Positions 1-14,900 of a stretch of DNA of 64,000 bases are shown piece by piece; positions within the stretch are counted from its first letter, which is position 1, and each line of letters opens with the position of its first letter. The stretch covers positions 5,580,001-5,644,000 of the forward strand of contig NC_135771.1 of the NCBI RefSeq assembly GCF_052425735.1, read 5' to 3'. This DNA comes from Oculina patagonica (taxonomy: Eukaryota). A program made the translations under genes and the position numbers. The notes under the pieces are model-generated. The model worked only from the letters and a program-made list of their open reading frames with translations, was not told the DNA's origin and ran no database searches.

Positions 1-74
1 TTTTCTTGATTTTTGTCTTCAAAGTGCACAATATTGTAGGTTTTGGACTGCAATCCTTTAGAGTTTCTACTAAA

Positions 75-104
75 ACAATTAGACTACTCGTCCTCGTTTT
101 CTAT

Positions 105-140
<36 letters not shown>

Positions 141-147
141 TTGCTCA

Positions 148-177
<30 letters not shown>
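75..177. mobile_element. Short palindromic MITE
   Basis: AACAATTAGACTAC..GTAGTCTAATTGTT, a near-perfect hairpin. A similar hairpin element lies at ~42650-42765. Confidence 0.65.
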
Positions 178-179
<2 letters not shown>

Positions 180-401
180 ATATAAAGAGATTTGATGATT
201 TAACGATCTCCTTTCCCCATATACTGACTTTGAACTGTGTTTGTCTTTTTCAGGCGGTCAGAACAGTTATGAGGTGCACGTGTACATGTACAGAAAGCCT
301 GTTTAGCAGATCTTCTAGAGTAGAAATATCGTGTGATATTTGTACGTTTGTTTGTATCCTACGTACCGAGGGGATTGGATAATAATAGCAAATGTTAACA
401 C

Positions 402-3400
402 CTGGAATTTTTCTTTTCCAAGAATACTATCAGCCTGCCCAAGAATCGAGAAGTCTGCTGTTAGCGACGGTTTGTTTCCATTTCGGTCAAGAATGTTCTG
501 CGCGTTCCATCCTTGACGGGAAGCACTGGTAAGGAGTAGAGTCCAGCCTCCACCGTTGCGCGTCATATCACAGTACGTTGATACTGCTTTGTCCACTGGC
601 TGAATACTGTAGAAACCATCTTCAGCATTAACAAAGAAAAAAGTACAGTAGAGTGTCATTTCTTATTGTCTTTTCTTGAACTACGTACTGAAAAATTAAA
701 GAATTTACAGTAGTAGAAGTCTATGTGCGGGCGTAGTAACGTTCGAACTTTTTTTTTTTTGTTATGGGGTTTTTGTCTGTGAGTCGCGGTTTAAGGGTAC
801 ATTCCTAATTATATGGCAGTTTACTATCAAAAAATTATGGCGGTTTCGGTTTAAAGGAGAAAACGAAAGCTTTTTGTGGTCTAGGAAGAACAAAATATGG
901 CAGTTTGTGGAATACACGATCGCGAACCCCTATAATAGTTTTTCAGCACAAGCAAAAATATTATAACCAACAATCGGAATACGAGCCAGAGTTTTCTATG
1001 TAACAATTCGACTGCGAAGGAAGGTTTCTATTGGCTAATGGGGTTAACTTAGAAACAGGGCCCCCGAAATTAACCTTAAATTAGTTACACGTAGCTTTAT
1101 TTATATCACAATATGCCTTGTTGTATAGTTTAAAACATGAAACCTGGATTTCACAACTATTTTTGAATATGATTGCGAAAACTGACTTCACTGCACAATC
1201 TCAGTTTTCTGTATTCCCCTAGTTCACTCAATCAAATCTCCGAGCACCTAAAAAACAAGAACAATTTGACTTATTTTCAAAGTTTTCTAAAAAAAAAAGG
1301 TATTTTTACTAAATATATAAAACCTGAAACACCCTCCTTTCCAATACTGCGTGTTTTGACCTCCATACAGGACCTCGGTGGGCCATATTCTCCTTCCCTC
1401 ATCCAGTACCAGATATAGGTTGGACATTGTTCCTTGTCTGTTCCATATATCCAAGGGGCAGGGTGATATTTCTTCATAGAAGCTGTAAAATAACATCGTT
1501 TAAGATAGTTTATTTAAAAAAATCATAGGCAAAAGGAACGACATGTTACTTATAAAAACATTTATTGGTAACAGCCAGTATCATCATGAGCTGCTGTTGT
1601 GGTTTCTTGCATTGTCAAATTAACATTAGCGGGTTACACAACTAAAACATGGCAAACAACGTCTCAATAGCGTAACGTTACCTTTAAGGAAAACGAAAAT
1701 TGGTTCCAACTTAAAATCGGAGGAAAGAAAGAGAGAAATCCTGGTAATTCACTCTAGTTTATATAATAAATTGTTTTTATTTCTTTACTGACCTGTAATG
1801 GAGCCAAATTCACTTGTCTTTGGCTCTGCAGCTGTAGTTAACCTCTCACCATATAACCAAGGCATTCTTTTGTGCAGTCCGCCATACCAGTCATAGTCCC
1901 ATTTGTCAAACTTTTTGATGAGCTCCACTCCAGTCTGACTGTTATCCGTATTGACAAAGCTGTAACTACGGGGTGCTTTCCAAATACCACCCCATCTCCC
2001 TGTAACACAAAAAAGGAAGGGAAGAGGATAATGTATCAAAAGATAAATAATGGTGATAAATAGTAATATAACAATAGAGTTGATGTTCTTGGGCGTAAAT
2101 ATGTTTTTGGCCCGACTCAGGCTCATTTTAGAAATGAGGGCATTAAGTTAAGGAATCAAAAACAGTAAGCGATATCTTGAACACTGCCGGTGCGAGTCGG
2201 CGTTTAATTTCTGATTGAAAACTAGGTTTAAAAGTTTACAAAACTCGGCAGAAAACCGCAAAATTACTTAAAACAATCTTTGCTTGAAAAGGAAATTACA
2301 AAATTCTATCGGCAGCAAAGAAATAGTCGTCATTTAGAAGTGTTAAAATTAATTGTGCTGTTAACTGAACTGGCAGTTTGGAATATGCCTGAAATTCAAC
2401 TGAGCGAGCTTCGCTCGACGAAGACAAACTTACATTCACTTCGCCGCCTGGATTCTTCTTTGAGTTTCTGTTATTCCTCTTCATCTAGCTGAGAAGACTG
2501 AAAATTTGCTTTCCCGTTCAGTCCTTCAAACATTTTGTCGTTATAAATCTCAAAAACAGTTTTGAAGCGTCTCGACTCAAGGAGCTTGAAGTGATGCCAG
2601 CTTATACCAGCCAGCAAGAAAACGGCGCGAACAGTTGAATGGTTTAGCCCGCTGAATTCTCCATTTTAGCCCGCAAAATACGCCACAATGCCCGATGAAA
2701 TGAAATAATAATCCATGGTGAATCAGCATTAGAAATCCCATGCTATATCAAAAGGCACAATTGCCAACTTCCATCTTTCTACAAAGACAAGTTCATCGAA
2801 CTAACTCCGAACTCTGAAAACTCGGCAGAATTTCATTTTATTGTAGAACTATCAGAGAATGGAACGCCTTACCTAACGATGTTTTAGATCTAAAAAAATC
2901 TGAATTATTCAAAATCGCACATAGATTAGAACTATGACATTATAACTAGGTTCTGATTTTTATTCTAAATTAACTTGATATTTCGGTATTTTAGGGCCTG
3001 ATTACATGAGCCGGGCTGGCCCGGTTAGCCGGGCTGGCTCGGTTTGCCGAGATGACTTTCAGCCCGGTATTACATGAGCCCGGTTAGCCGGGCTGGCCCG
3101 GTTTGCCGAGATGACTTTCAGCCCGGTTTTAGCATAAATGATCAGAGCACGAATGATCTTAATCACCTTTTTCCGGCAATAAAAAAATTATTTGGTGGTT
3201 AATTTTTTGCACTTATGCATCTGGATGGGTTACTTTACCTCTACATCCTATTTAGAAGGAGTTGCATTGATTTTTTCGTCGGATATTGTGCTCAGAAGAG
3301 AAATTTAATGCTGGCCCGCTTAGCCGGGCTGGCCCGGTGAACGCGATTACATGGAAAATTTTCATCCCGGCTAGCCGAGATCCCGGCATCGCGATACCGG

Positions 3401-5979
3401 GATCTCGGCTAACCGGGATGGCCCGGTTGTCATGTAATCGCGATGTTGATTTTTGTTGCGTTTAACAGACGTTCCGAGATCTCGGCAAACCGAGCCAGCC
3501 CGGCTAGCCGGGCCAGCCCGGCTCATGTAATCAGGCCCTTAGAGCCTGATTACATGAGCCGGGCTGGCCCGGCTAGCCGGGCTGGCTCGGTTTGCCGAGA
3601 TCTCGGCACGTCTGTTAAACGCAACAAAAATCAACTTCGCGATTACATGACAACCGGGCCAGCCCGGTTAGCCGAGATCTCGGTATCGCGATGCCGGGAT
3701 CTCGGCTAGCCGGGCTGAAAATTTTCCATGTAATCGCGTTAACCGGGCCAGCCCGGCTAAGCGGGCCAGCATTAATTTTCTCTTCCGAGCACAATATCCG
3801 ACGAAAAAATCAATGCTACTCCTTCTAACAATGCTACTCCTTCTAATTAGAGGTAACGTAACCCATCCAGCTGCATAAGTGCAAAAAATTAACAACCAAA
3901 TTGCCGGAAAAAGGTGATTAAGATCATTCGTGCTCTGATCATTCATGCTATAACCGGGCTGAAAGTCATCTCGGCAAACCGGGCCAGCCCGGCTAACCGG
4001 GCTCATGTAATACCGGGCTGAAAGTCATCTCGGCAAACCGAGCCAGCCCGGCTAACCGGGCCAGCCCGGCTCATGTAATCAGGCCCTTTTAAATTTATAA
4101 ATTTTATTTTCTTAGTAATCTTTGTTAAATTATGTACATAAAAGGTCTTTTTATCCCCCCTCACCTGCTTATTTTTTATTTAGGGCCTCTTCACATGAGC
4201 CCGGTTTACGAGCTGTCTCAGTTACCAGGACGGATTTTGACCTCTGTTCATATGGAAACTTTTAGCCTGGTTGACGGGGATAAAATTCAAGAAACAAAGG
4301 CAAAATGGCGACACATAAAGTTGCATCTTTCGCGACTATCGTAGCTTTATTGACCCATGTAACTTTATTAATAAAGCTAATTCGCATATTTCTGAAGTGG
4401 AAATAGATACAAGGCAAAATTAAACCATTTGGACCGCCCAATTACGAAAGGGAAGGTATTTTCTCAAAAAAAGTTGCGTCCCGGCGACCGGGCTGGAGCG
4501 TTCATATGGGAAAATATTCTTCCCGGTTGTCGAGATCTCGGTTGCAGAAACCGAGATATCGGTAACCGGGCTGGCCCACCTTCTCATGTGAACACATCCA
4601 AAATTTTACAAGAAAATAGGAGTGAGCCGAGATCTCGGTAACTGGGCCAGCCCGGTCAACCGGGATCATATGAAGAGGCCCTAAGGGCCTCTTAATGTCT
4701 TAATTGCAGTGATGGGAGTATGCTTCCCTTTGCAAGATCCCCCTAAATGTAGATGTACATGTAGACCAGTTTTTAACTGACGTAGGGTAGGAAAATGTTA
4801 TTTTTATGATTAATGTTAGGGCTTTTGATCCCCAGTGACAAAAAAAAAACGCGAAATTGTATACTCTATATTTTGCTATGTTGCTCTTACTTAACCAAGA
4901 ATTCAGTTGCATGAAAAGAAAACTGAACTGTCAGGAACTAGCGTTTATATAAAATGTATATGTTCATATGACCAAGAGCTCTTTTGCCAGGTGCACGCGC
5001 ATTTTGTAGTTCCGCTGAAAGTTTTAATCCAATATATTCGCGTTTGTTTTGTAACGTAATATAACGCTTACATTGTACGCTATATAACTCCACCTTGTAA
5101 CAACAACCGTTGCACTGAAGAGGACGGATGTAACCGTCGAAACATGTTTGTAAAATTAAAGAAAGTTGTCCTGTTCCTGAAGTTATCAACAGTTTTGCTG
5201 TTAACTCGACCATATGTTCATTTATATTTACGTGCACGTTTGATGCACCTTAAATGACCTATCAAGTGGGGTTCTTTTGCTACCCTTTTTTTTGCTAAGT
5301 ATACATGCTTTCTCGACTAAAAGCTTTTATGTTGCACTGAGTGGGAGATTTTTTTGATGGAAACACGCAAAACAATTACGCGATAGAAGTACCTTTGCTG
5401 TAAAAAACTTTCATATGAAGTGAAGCTTTTTAGTTGCCTGTCTTTGTTACACAGTATGCTTTCTCGATTCTCGATTTAAAGCTTAAAATCTTAATGCACA
5501 AGTGCTTTTAATGCACAAATTCTTTTATGGCGTTAGAAAAACTTTAATGCCCTTTTGTGCCCTTCACAAAATATATGGTTCTGTCATTTTCGCGAAATAA
5601 AGTAGTTGCAAAAATTAGTAAAAAAATATAAGGTGCTAAAAATATTGATGATGGCACTTACCAGGGCTGTCTGCTTCCAGACGGTATTCAAAAACAGAAC
5701 CTTTTACGTTTCCACTGTTCTTAATATCGTCTGCTTTAAACAGAATGGAATAATCATTCTTCAGCTTTGGATCCATCTCATTATTCCGTAGTACGTTTTG
5801 TTTGGTCCATTTGTTGGTGTAGCTGGCAACCAATAGCGTCCATCCACCGCCGTCACGTGTCATGTCGCATATGGTCTTGACCACGCCTTTGCCGTCCGGG
5901 TTGATTTCATAAACGCCGTCAGCAAATGGCTTGTTGAGCTTTTTGCCGAGGATTTGGAGATGGCGACAGGAGTGCGCCT
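402..5979 (-). CDS. ADAM exons 32-35: two tandem fibrinogen-C/intelectin-like modules (second incomplete in the window)
   Basis: Repeated motif: SC..(AD/SD)G.Y.I.P...(TI/TY)CDMTR(D/N)GGGWTLL...W..QN.L..N...P.L..D(Y/F)SIL..AD.I. Phase matches the TSP1 exon across an 8.8-kb intron that contains N gaps. Confidence 0.8.
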
Positions 5980-8900
5980 CTGGAGAAACAAAATGTGGAA
6001 ATTGAAGCGAAGGCTCAAATAGGCTCTTTTCAAATCAGCAGTTTAGCAGCTATCATAAGCTTGTTAGTCTACTGGTCCTCTAATGTAGCAGTTGTTATTG
6101 TTTTAGGGCTAGGGGCATTGTTCCTGTTGTTTGTTCTATTGTTTTCTGGAAGGGTAGCGAGCCATTCATTTGGTACCTTGCGAGAGCTTCTACTTGCCTT
6201 CAGTTCGATTGTTTTCATGGATGAGAAAAGTCTTGCCGCGGAACTTCTTTGGCAGTGGAAGATATAGGAGAGGTAGTCTGGGACCTACCACGCGTACCCA
6301 ATGTATCAGATCATGTAAACATAAAGCGAACAGTATTTTTTCTAAAATTAAACAACAACCATGACGTGACCTCACAAATGAGCCATCCAATCAAATCGCC
6401 CGCCATATGACCAAAATATTGTAATATAAAATCCAGAGCGAAAATCTTAATTCACCCAGCGAAAAGCTCAACCGTAAAAACATCTGTTCCGTGCATAACA
6501 AACATCGGACTCTATTTTTTTTTTAGAAAACCAGTGGAATAAAATTCCAGTTTTCCTAAATGTAAAGCAATGTACAGCTAGTTTTGATAACACACAACAA
6601 TAAGTTTCTGTAATTTTCTAGCTTATATTCTGTGAAAAAATCTAGATCGCTAGATGTTATTTTGGATATAAAAACATAATTTAAAGGATGTTGATGAAAC
6701 GTATGCAGAATGTCCCACTGTGTTTTATGGTTATTTAAAAGTAACCCAGCTGAATATTTTCATCTCAAATGGTAAATTTTGGAGGCACAAAGTCGCAGCG
6801 AAAAATTTCGGAGAGTAGAATTTGCTTCTTAAAACTGTCTGCCATCTCGGCGTACTTCCAAATTGAAATATAGTTAATGGTGGTTTTACTGAAACAATAT
6901 AGACAATTTTTTTCTCATTGCAATTTTTTGAGTGCACTTATAAATGCCGGCTACTCATATGACCAAGAGTTATAGGCCTATTGTCGTAGTTGGACGGTAA
7001 CGGCACTCGCTGTCACCTTTCTGTTGGTTTTAACTCCTTAATAGAACCTTCCAATCTATATGCCGCCCTATTATCTCGGTTGCAAACTTGACGCAAAGTA
7101 AATTTCCTTCAGTCTTTAATTTGGCCGGGTTTTACAAACAAATGTTTTGAAAAACTACATAAGGAAAGGAAAATGTATGCTTTCTAACACAGCTTTTTGC
7201 CTGAGAAAAAAAGTTTAAAAGTAAAGTATTAAGCTTGGTTTCTTAAGCCAGTTCTCTTCATTAAATTGAAAGTTAATTATTGGCATCAAATTCCGGTTCA
7301 ACCCCCATACAAAGCACTGCTTTTAATTTTCGATCCACGAAAAACTAAACAACACCGAAATGATGTATTTTATCGGCATGTGTGTTCCTGTATGAGATCG
7401 CATTGATTTTCTGCATAAAAACGCAATAAGAAAGATATTAAAAGTTTGTCGAAAGGTTGCTATTTTTCGTTAACAGGAAGTATTTAACACTATATTTAAT
7501 TCTTTAAAAATTCCATTTTTCCATAGGATCGAGCCACGAAAACATCATCGGATTCTGATCTTCAGTGTAAAATATTTGCATTTCAAAAGGAGAGCAAAAT
7601 ATTTTCCGATCATTAGAAAGAAAATATTTCCAGCTATAATAAACTTCTTCTTCATGTTCCGCACATCAATCTGATAATTTTATCTGTAATAAAACAAGCC
7701 TTAGAATTACTGTGTTTTGTCGTAAATGTGAGTTTTCCAGAGAAAATTAGATTCCGAAAAGATTGAGAAAATCTAAAACGTAATTAAATCGCATCTGTCA
7801 GCGCGCGTAAATCGAGTTTTATTATCTAACGTCTGAAATAGAATGAAATCATCACACCAACATGAAAACACAAAAGCCTCAGCCAGAGGAAGGCGTAATA
7901 TATTCCAATAAATCAGGGTCACGTGCGTGGATCTGCTAAAGTGTTTTGTTCTTGCATTTCCGGAAAGGTTTTTTTTTAATATCTCGGCGAAGTTTTGTCA
8001 GGTAAACAAACACAGGTTCGCTGATGACTTTTTGAGTTCATTCTCGGTGAATCATAATCGTTTATAGTTCAAAATGAAAAAGGTTTGTTTAGAAAAAATG
8101 TTTACAATGAAAATGAAGACCAGTTGCGTATTTGGTCGTTTTAGAACCTGAATTTCACAAGCTATTGAGAAAATGAACCGAATATTGATTCTCCGTTTTA
8201 ACGAAGTTTCAATAGGACTTCAAAACAAAGAAAGCTCTCTTGACAGATTTTATATTTCGATAAAATAAACCTATTCAAATATTGTCAAAAATGAGCGGAG
8301 CCCTCTTAAATCTTGCTTACGGTATAAACTTTATTAAGACTTTAAGGTCAACAGTCAACTCAAACGGAAAATTAATCTTGCGATTTTCGAGGCTTGGTTT
8401 ATTTACTGTTCATATAGTGGGAGGCATTTTTAGGATGACCCCCGCGTTCAGACTGAGCATTTTTTGCTAACAAACAACTTGGAATAATACTAATTTATTC
8501 ACAAAATACCAGGATACAAAACATTTCTCGAAAGTGAAAAATAAACTGCATCGAAACTGCTGTGAAGATGTAAGATACAGGAAAAGGGTTTCGAGTTCAT
8601 TCTGGTGAACATCCTCACCGCTTGGGCTTGAGAAATCAGTACTATCACTTATAATTGGTTCGGAAGAAAAATCGTTTTAGTAGTAATCCGTAATAATTAG
8701 TTTTGCTATTGGACACTCCCTCAAAATGACAACGAGCAATGGTAGTAAATACGAGTTTTTCTTGGCAGTTAGTATATGCTAACATTTTTTTTTTCTCGAA
8801 CTTTTCAGTTTTGACACCTGTTCATAAGAGGTACCGCCGGATCATAAATTATTCAGTTTCCCTTTGACACACTACTTAGCTGTCGAGAAGGCACATTCAA

Positions 8901-11900
8901 TTAGAACGTGGTTTCCAGAACGCAATTATAAAACAACAAAGTGAACGGAGGAAAACAGCTTATCTGTGAGATAAGAAAACGTTATTGACTGGTAACTTGA
9001 GAGCAGTGGCTGAAAACAACAAATTTAGAAGACTACTTTCAGCTGTCCTTCGTGCGATACCCGACGATATTTGTATTTGTCGTCAAACTATCAAGACGTT
9101 TACTACACAGCTAAAAAGACTTGGAACAACAAGATGCTACATAGCCAAATTCTTGGACATTTTGATATTTAACTTCAAAATTTGCATTGGCATAAACTCT
9201 TAAAACGGTTTCAGCTAACATCGAACTGAAATTCTTGCTACTGCCGTTCGGTGTGCGAAGAACTCACAACGGTATGGAAACAACAAACAACACGACAAAA
9301 TGTTTTTTCTTGACAGACGTTCAGCTCTCGCACGAAGGAGGTATCTTCATCGCGGAGATAATCTGTTGCGCTATTAACTCTGTGTTGTCCTTAGTAGCGA
9401 CTCTATGGAACATTTTGGTCATCCTTGTGATCTGGAAGACACCAGCTCTCCACTCGCCTTCGAATATTCTCATATGTTGTCTCGCTGGTTCGGACCTGGT
9501 AATCGGTCTCTTAGCACAGCCTATGCTTGTCACTTATAAGATCGCCGAGTTTAAGGACAGTGCAGAAACTGCCTGCATTGGAAGGCTCATTCACTGGATA
9601 GCTGGGTTTGTGTGTGCAGGGGTTTCTGTTATGACAATAGCAGCAATATCGGTGGATAAAGTGCTCGCGCTGTATCTGCATCTTCGTTACAAACAAGTCG
9701 TCACCGTGGCGCGAGTTTTGAAAGTTGTTTTCGTGTTTTGGTTCTTTTGTGTAACTGCAGCTGTTTTTCTCTTCGTTTCCAACTCGGATCGATACTGGAC
9801 GCTTGTTCCTCTGCCTGTGCTCTGTATAAGTCTAACAACCACGTTTGTAGCGTACATTAAAGTGTTTGGTGTTCTTCGAAGGCATCGAAACCAAATCCGA
9901 GCCCAGACTCGCTCAGCTTGGAACGGGGTCAACATGCGAAAGTACAAGAAGTCCGTAATAACTATGGTCTATGTTCTAGCGATGTTTCTCGCTTGTTATA
10001 CGCCGTTTTTAACAGCAATGGCAATGCGCCTCTTTGTTGGTTATAACTCTACAGTTAAACTAGCTTACGAATGGGGAGCAACGGTCGTATATCTCAATTC
10101 TTCGTTAAACCCCTTATTATACTGGTTCAGAATGCAAGAGATACGCCTTGCAACGTACAATACCATAAGAAAACTCCGCGGAAAAGACAGTATTGTTGAC
10201 AGTAAAGTTTATAACTTTAGCGTTTATAAAGAGGGCATGTATAATGAAAGCGTCCTCAGCAAAAACGGAGTCATAGACATTTCGCAAGCAACTCAAAATA
10301 AACTGCAGTAATTTAAAACGGATCCAACTAACTTTATTTTACACCTACAAGCCGTCTTAACATTACGGTAATGTTAATTCAGACAATGACAAGTTCATAA
10401 TCAATTATTTAAACATCATTCGTAAAAATTGTTCTATGCAAAACAATTGCTCGTTATGTGTACATTACACTGCCCCGACGAATTTCACAGGAAAAAACAA
10501 TCTATAGGCTCGAAAAAAGCCACACGAAAAAACAATCTATGGGCAAGAAAACAGCCACTTCCAGAGATAGTAAGCATTTCTAACGAGCATCCTGAGCAAA
10601 AACAGAGTTCTAAACGTTTCGCAAGCAACTCAAAATTAACTGCAGCAACTGAACCAACTAACTTTATTTTACTCCTACAAGCCGTCTGTAATTTTTATTG
10701 AGACGACGATAAGTACATGATCAATTATTTAAGCATCATTCGTAAAACTTCTTGTTTTATGCAAAACAATAGCCCGTATTGTCTACGTTACACTGCGCCA
10801 ACAGATTTCACACGAGTTAACAATATATGGGCTCGAAAAAGCCACTTCTAGAGAATATTATCAGCTGATCAGAGAGCATTTATAGCGAAAGCGTCTTGAG
10901 CAAAAACGATGTTATGGACATTTCGCAAGCAACTCAAAATTAACTGCGGTAACGGATCCAATTCAACTAGCTTTATTTTACTCCCACAAGCTGTCTGTAA
11001 TGTTTACGAAGACGATGATGAGTTTGATGGGTTCGTGATCAATTATTTAAACATCATTCGTAAACTGTCTTGTTTTATGCAAAGCAATAGCCAGTTATGT
11101 CTACGTTACAATTTTACTCCGAGCAAACAATCGATGGGCTCGAATAAAGCCACTTCTAGAGAATATGATAAGTGGGGAAAAAATTTGAAATAACAGGTCT
11201 TTGCGTGTAAAAAGGAGAGAATTCTCCTATTAAATAAATTGTGATAGATAATATAATTTGCATTTACTACTTTAAGTATTTGTACACCTGTACAAAACGC
11301 CAGGCGATTTGAATGCAGTGAAAATAAAACTAAGCTAAAACTAGGCAATTTTATTATTTACATTGCAAGTTCTTTAGGGAAGAGCGTAAAACGGTCAGAA
11401 TGCCCCAAGAAAGGAGGGTGTTTATATTAACTAAGATGTAAAGAGCCATTACTGTTTTATACTAATTATTTAAAGGTTCCAATATTATTGACATATAACC
11501 CGCAGAGAACGTTTATCTAAGTGGTGCTTTATTATGCGTAGCACATTAAATTCAATGTCATTAGTTTCACACCGTTGCGATTTTGAATTTTAAGAGTAAG
11601 AAAATTGCCATCGGAAATGGTATACAGTGGAACTAAAATAATTATTCACCACACGCCGTTTACAGTACCTATAAAATTACTCGTCTTATAAATATTGTGG
11701 TGCTCTTAGCTCTAAGTAAAAAGTTTTTAGACATAAATAATTAATAAATGAATATTTTGAAAGGTGATTGTATTGATGAATTGAGGTTGATTAAAAATGG
11801 TATTCGGTAACTAGAACTAAAAAAATATTCAAGCCGTTTACTGAATACGTATAAGACTCGTCCTATAAATGTGGTGGTGGTGCTCTAAGCTCTAAGTAAC

Positions 11901-14900
11901 AAGTTTGCAGACATAAATCAATAGTTAATGAATTAGAAGGTGTATGGATTGAAGAATGGAGGGTGACCCGGGGGGTACTCCCATAAATTTCGGATAGGGG
12001 TGCCAAGGTTCTTAAACCCTGACCCTATTTAAGGATAAAGAAAGCGAAAATTGATACCCTTTTTAAGGCCCAAAACCGAAAAATGACACCCTATTTAAGG
12101 GGAGGAGAAACGTTCCGTGACGACCCAAATAACGGCAAACCGCGTACGGCAAGACACAAATCTTTATAAAATCGCTTTTCTAATACCTGAACTGAAAATT
12201 CAGTTTTCAGATATCTTTTTCTCGTCTAGCTGGGCGTTTATTTTAGCTAATAGAATTTAGGTACCCTATCTAAGGATCACAGCGGGAACACATTGCCAAA
12301 AGTAGCAAAAATGATACCCTATTTAAGGACCGAGAACCTCAAAAACCATACCCTATCGGGCGGCACATACCTATATAGGCCACATATGGAAGTACCCCCC
12401 CCCCCCCCCGGGAGGGTGATTAAGGTGAAAACTAATGATATCCATTTGCTACGGATCTAAGAGTAAGGTTCCGTCAATATCAGTGCTTTTAAGCAACAAC
12501 TTAAAAGTTGATGCAAAGCCAATATATTTCCGAGAAAGAAAATTATCTCGAGACCAAGAGACGACATGCTTTTGGCAAATATCCTAATTTCCGCGACAAT
12601 TATACAATTTTAAGCGTTTTAATTCAAATCTGAGAATTCTGAAAAATTGATGATGTTAAAATTCTGCAAGGTGTTGAAACATATTTATTTTACATAGATG
12701 TTTACGTAAATGCGAAGAAAAGAGTCACGCGACAATTATACAATTTTAAGCGTTTGAATTCAAATCTGAGAATTCTGAAAAATTGATGATGTTAAAATTC
12801 TGCAAGGTGTTGAAACATATTTATTTTACATAGATGTTTACGTAAATGCGAAGAAAAGAGTCAAATATTACAGTCTAATCAAATGAATGTTTTGTCTAAA
12901 GTGTCACTACTGGACGTATTTTTTTTGTTCGACGTGAGGTGGAAATAAGACGGTGAGCGGCTTCAGTCATAATTTATATCTTTTATTGGGCCAATACTGT
13001 TTTTCTTTGTCATCATCATTAACCTTGGCAATTTTAAGTGCACTTATACGATCGTTCGTTAAGTAACGGAAACTGTCCGAAGGTTGCGAAATGGGAAATA
13101 ATCAGTCCGAGATACAAGATATATGAACTGTAATCATTGAATGTTAGAGCCGTAGGGCTTCTTTAGCCAGGTTTTTCTCCGGGGGTACGGGATTGCTACT
13201 CGGAATGTTTGGTTTCGATGTGCACTGCCCGATTTCTGTTACGCACCTTACCTTATTTCGGACTAAAGCATGATTTTTTTCTCCACCCTGTTTCAAACCT
13301 GGCATGGTATTTAAAGGATCTGTTCTTTTTTTTTTTTCTTTTTTTAAAAACAATTTTCTCCTGAAGCGGTTTTCAGATGATTGTAATTTATATGGATTAT
13401 TTTTGGTCTTTCTATCTTGTTGAAGGTTATCTCCAATTATAAATCTATGAACAAATCAGATTTCATCACAGAAAATCTGAGAGGCGGAATTGCTTGCGTC
13501 AATTATTTCATTCTATGAGTCAGAATCATATATTTCTGCATGTTTATCATGTCATATTACGGCCCCGTTGACGAAATTACCTCGAACTGAGGTGTGTCGG
13601 GCAAATAAAGTGGTCCGTCCCCGCAAACATAAGCAATTCCTTTAGCGTAAGCAATTTACGACATCTACCAAGACGATTTTACGACATTGCAACAAAATAT
13701 AACTGTATTAAGGTGGCACGTGATTAAAAATGTTTGACTGGGTTCGTTTTGGCTGTATTGAGCAANNNNNNNNNNNNNNNNNNNNNNNNNNNNNNNNNNN
13801 NNNNNNNNNNNNNNNNNNNNNNNNNNNNNNNNNNNNNNNNNNNNNNNNNNNNNNNNNNNNNNNNNNNNNNNNNNNNNNNNNNNNNNNNNNNNNNNNNNNN
13901 NNNNNNNNNNNNNNNNNNNNNNNNNNNNNNNNNNNNNNNNNNNNNNNCAAAACTACGATTAGGGGTACATTCCCTACGCATACAAACTGGAAAATATGAA
14001 AATGCAGGAGCATCCATATCAGTTGAAGAACGAAAGTGTTTGGTATGTAAGGAAAACCACATAGAGGACGAACAGCATTTTTTAATGTATTGCAAAGGGT
14101 ATAATGATGTTAGAAAAGAGCTTCATTCCATCGTGTCACAAACTGATCCTCGCTTTGTAGGTTTAACTGATCATGAAAAAATAATGTACCTTCTTAAATT
14201 AGATAATTATGCTACCTCTAGAATCATAGCTAAATATATCTTTCTTATGTTTCAAAAAAGAAAAGAAATTTTAAAAAATTGAAAGTTATATCAATAAATA
14301 GTTTAATTAATAGTTCAATTATTACCGTAAACGTTTGCATTGTATTTTCATTATTTGTTATTAAGTAATTTGTTAGCATAGTTGCTATAACACCTTTATT
14401 GTAACTAGACCAATACCTCCCTTTGGAGTGTAAGGCACAATAAAGATTTACTGTTNNNNNNNNNNNNNNNNNNNNNNNNNNNNNNNNNNNNNNNNNNNNN
14501 NNNNNNNNNNNNNNNNNNNNNNNNNNNNNNNNNNNNNNNNNNNNNNNNNNNNNNNNNNNNNNNNNNNNNNNNNNNNNNNNNNNNNNNNNNNNNNNNNNNN
14601 NNNNNNNNNNNNNNNNNNNNNNNNNNNNNNNNNNNNNNNNNNNNNNNNNNNNNNNNNNNNNNNNNNNNNNNNNNNNNNNNNNNNNNNNNNNNNNNNNNNN
14701 NNNNNNCAGGCCTACCTACTTAATCAATAAGCTCATGGTCAGCTCTATACTTACGGGGGCAGGGTTCCTCATTGCATGGTTCTTCTAGGAGTCGTTCCCC
14801 TTCGCAAACCTTTCCTCCGTACTGTGGAGACGGGCTGTCGCAAAACCGATAACGAATACGCGTTCCACCGTTACAGGCACGCGAGCAATTTGTCCATCCG

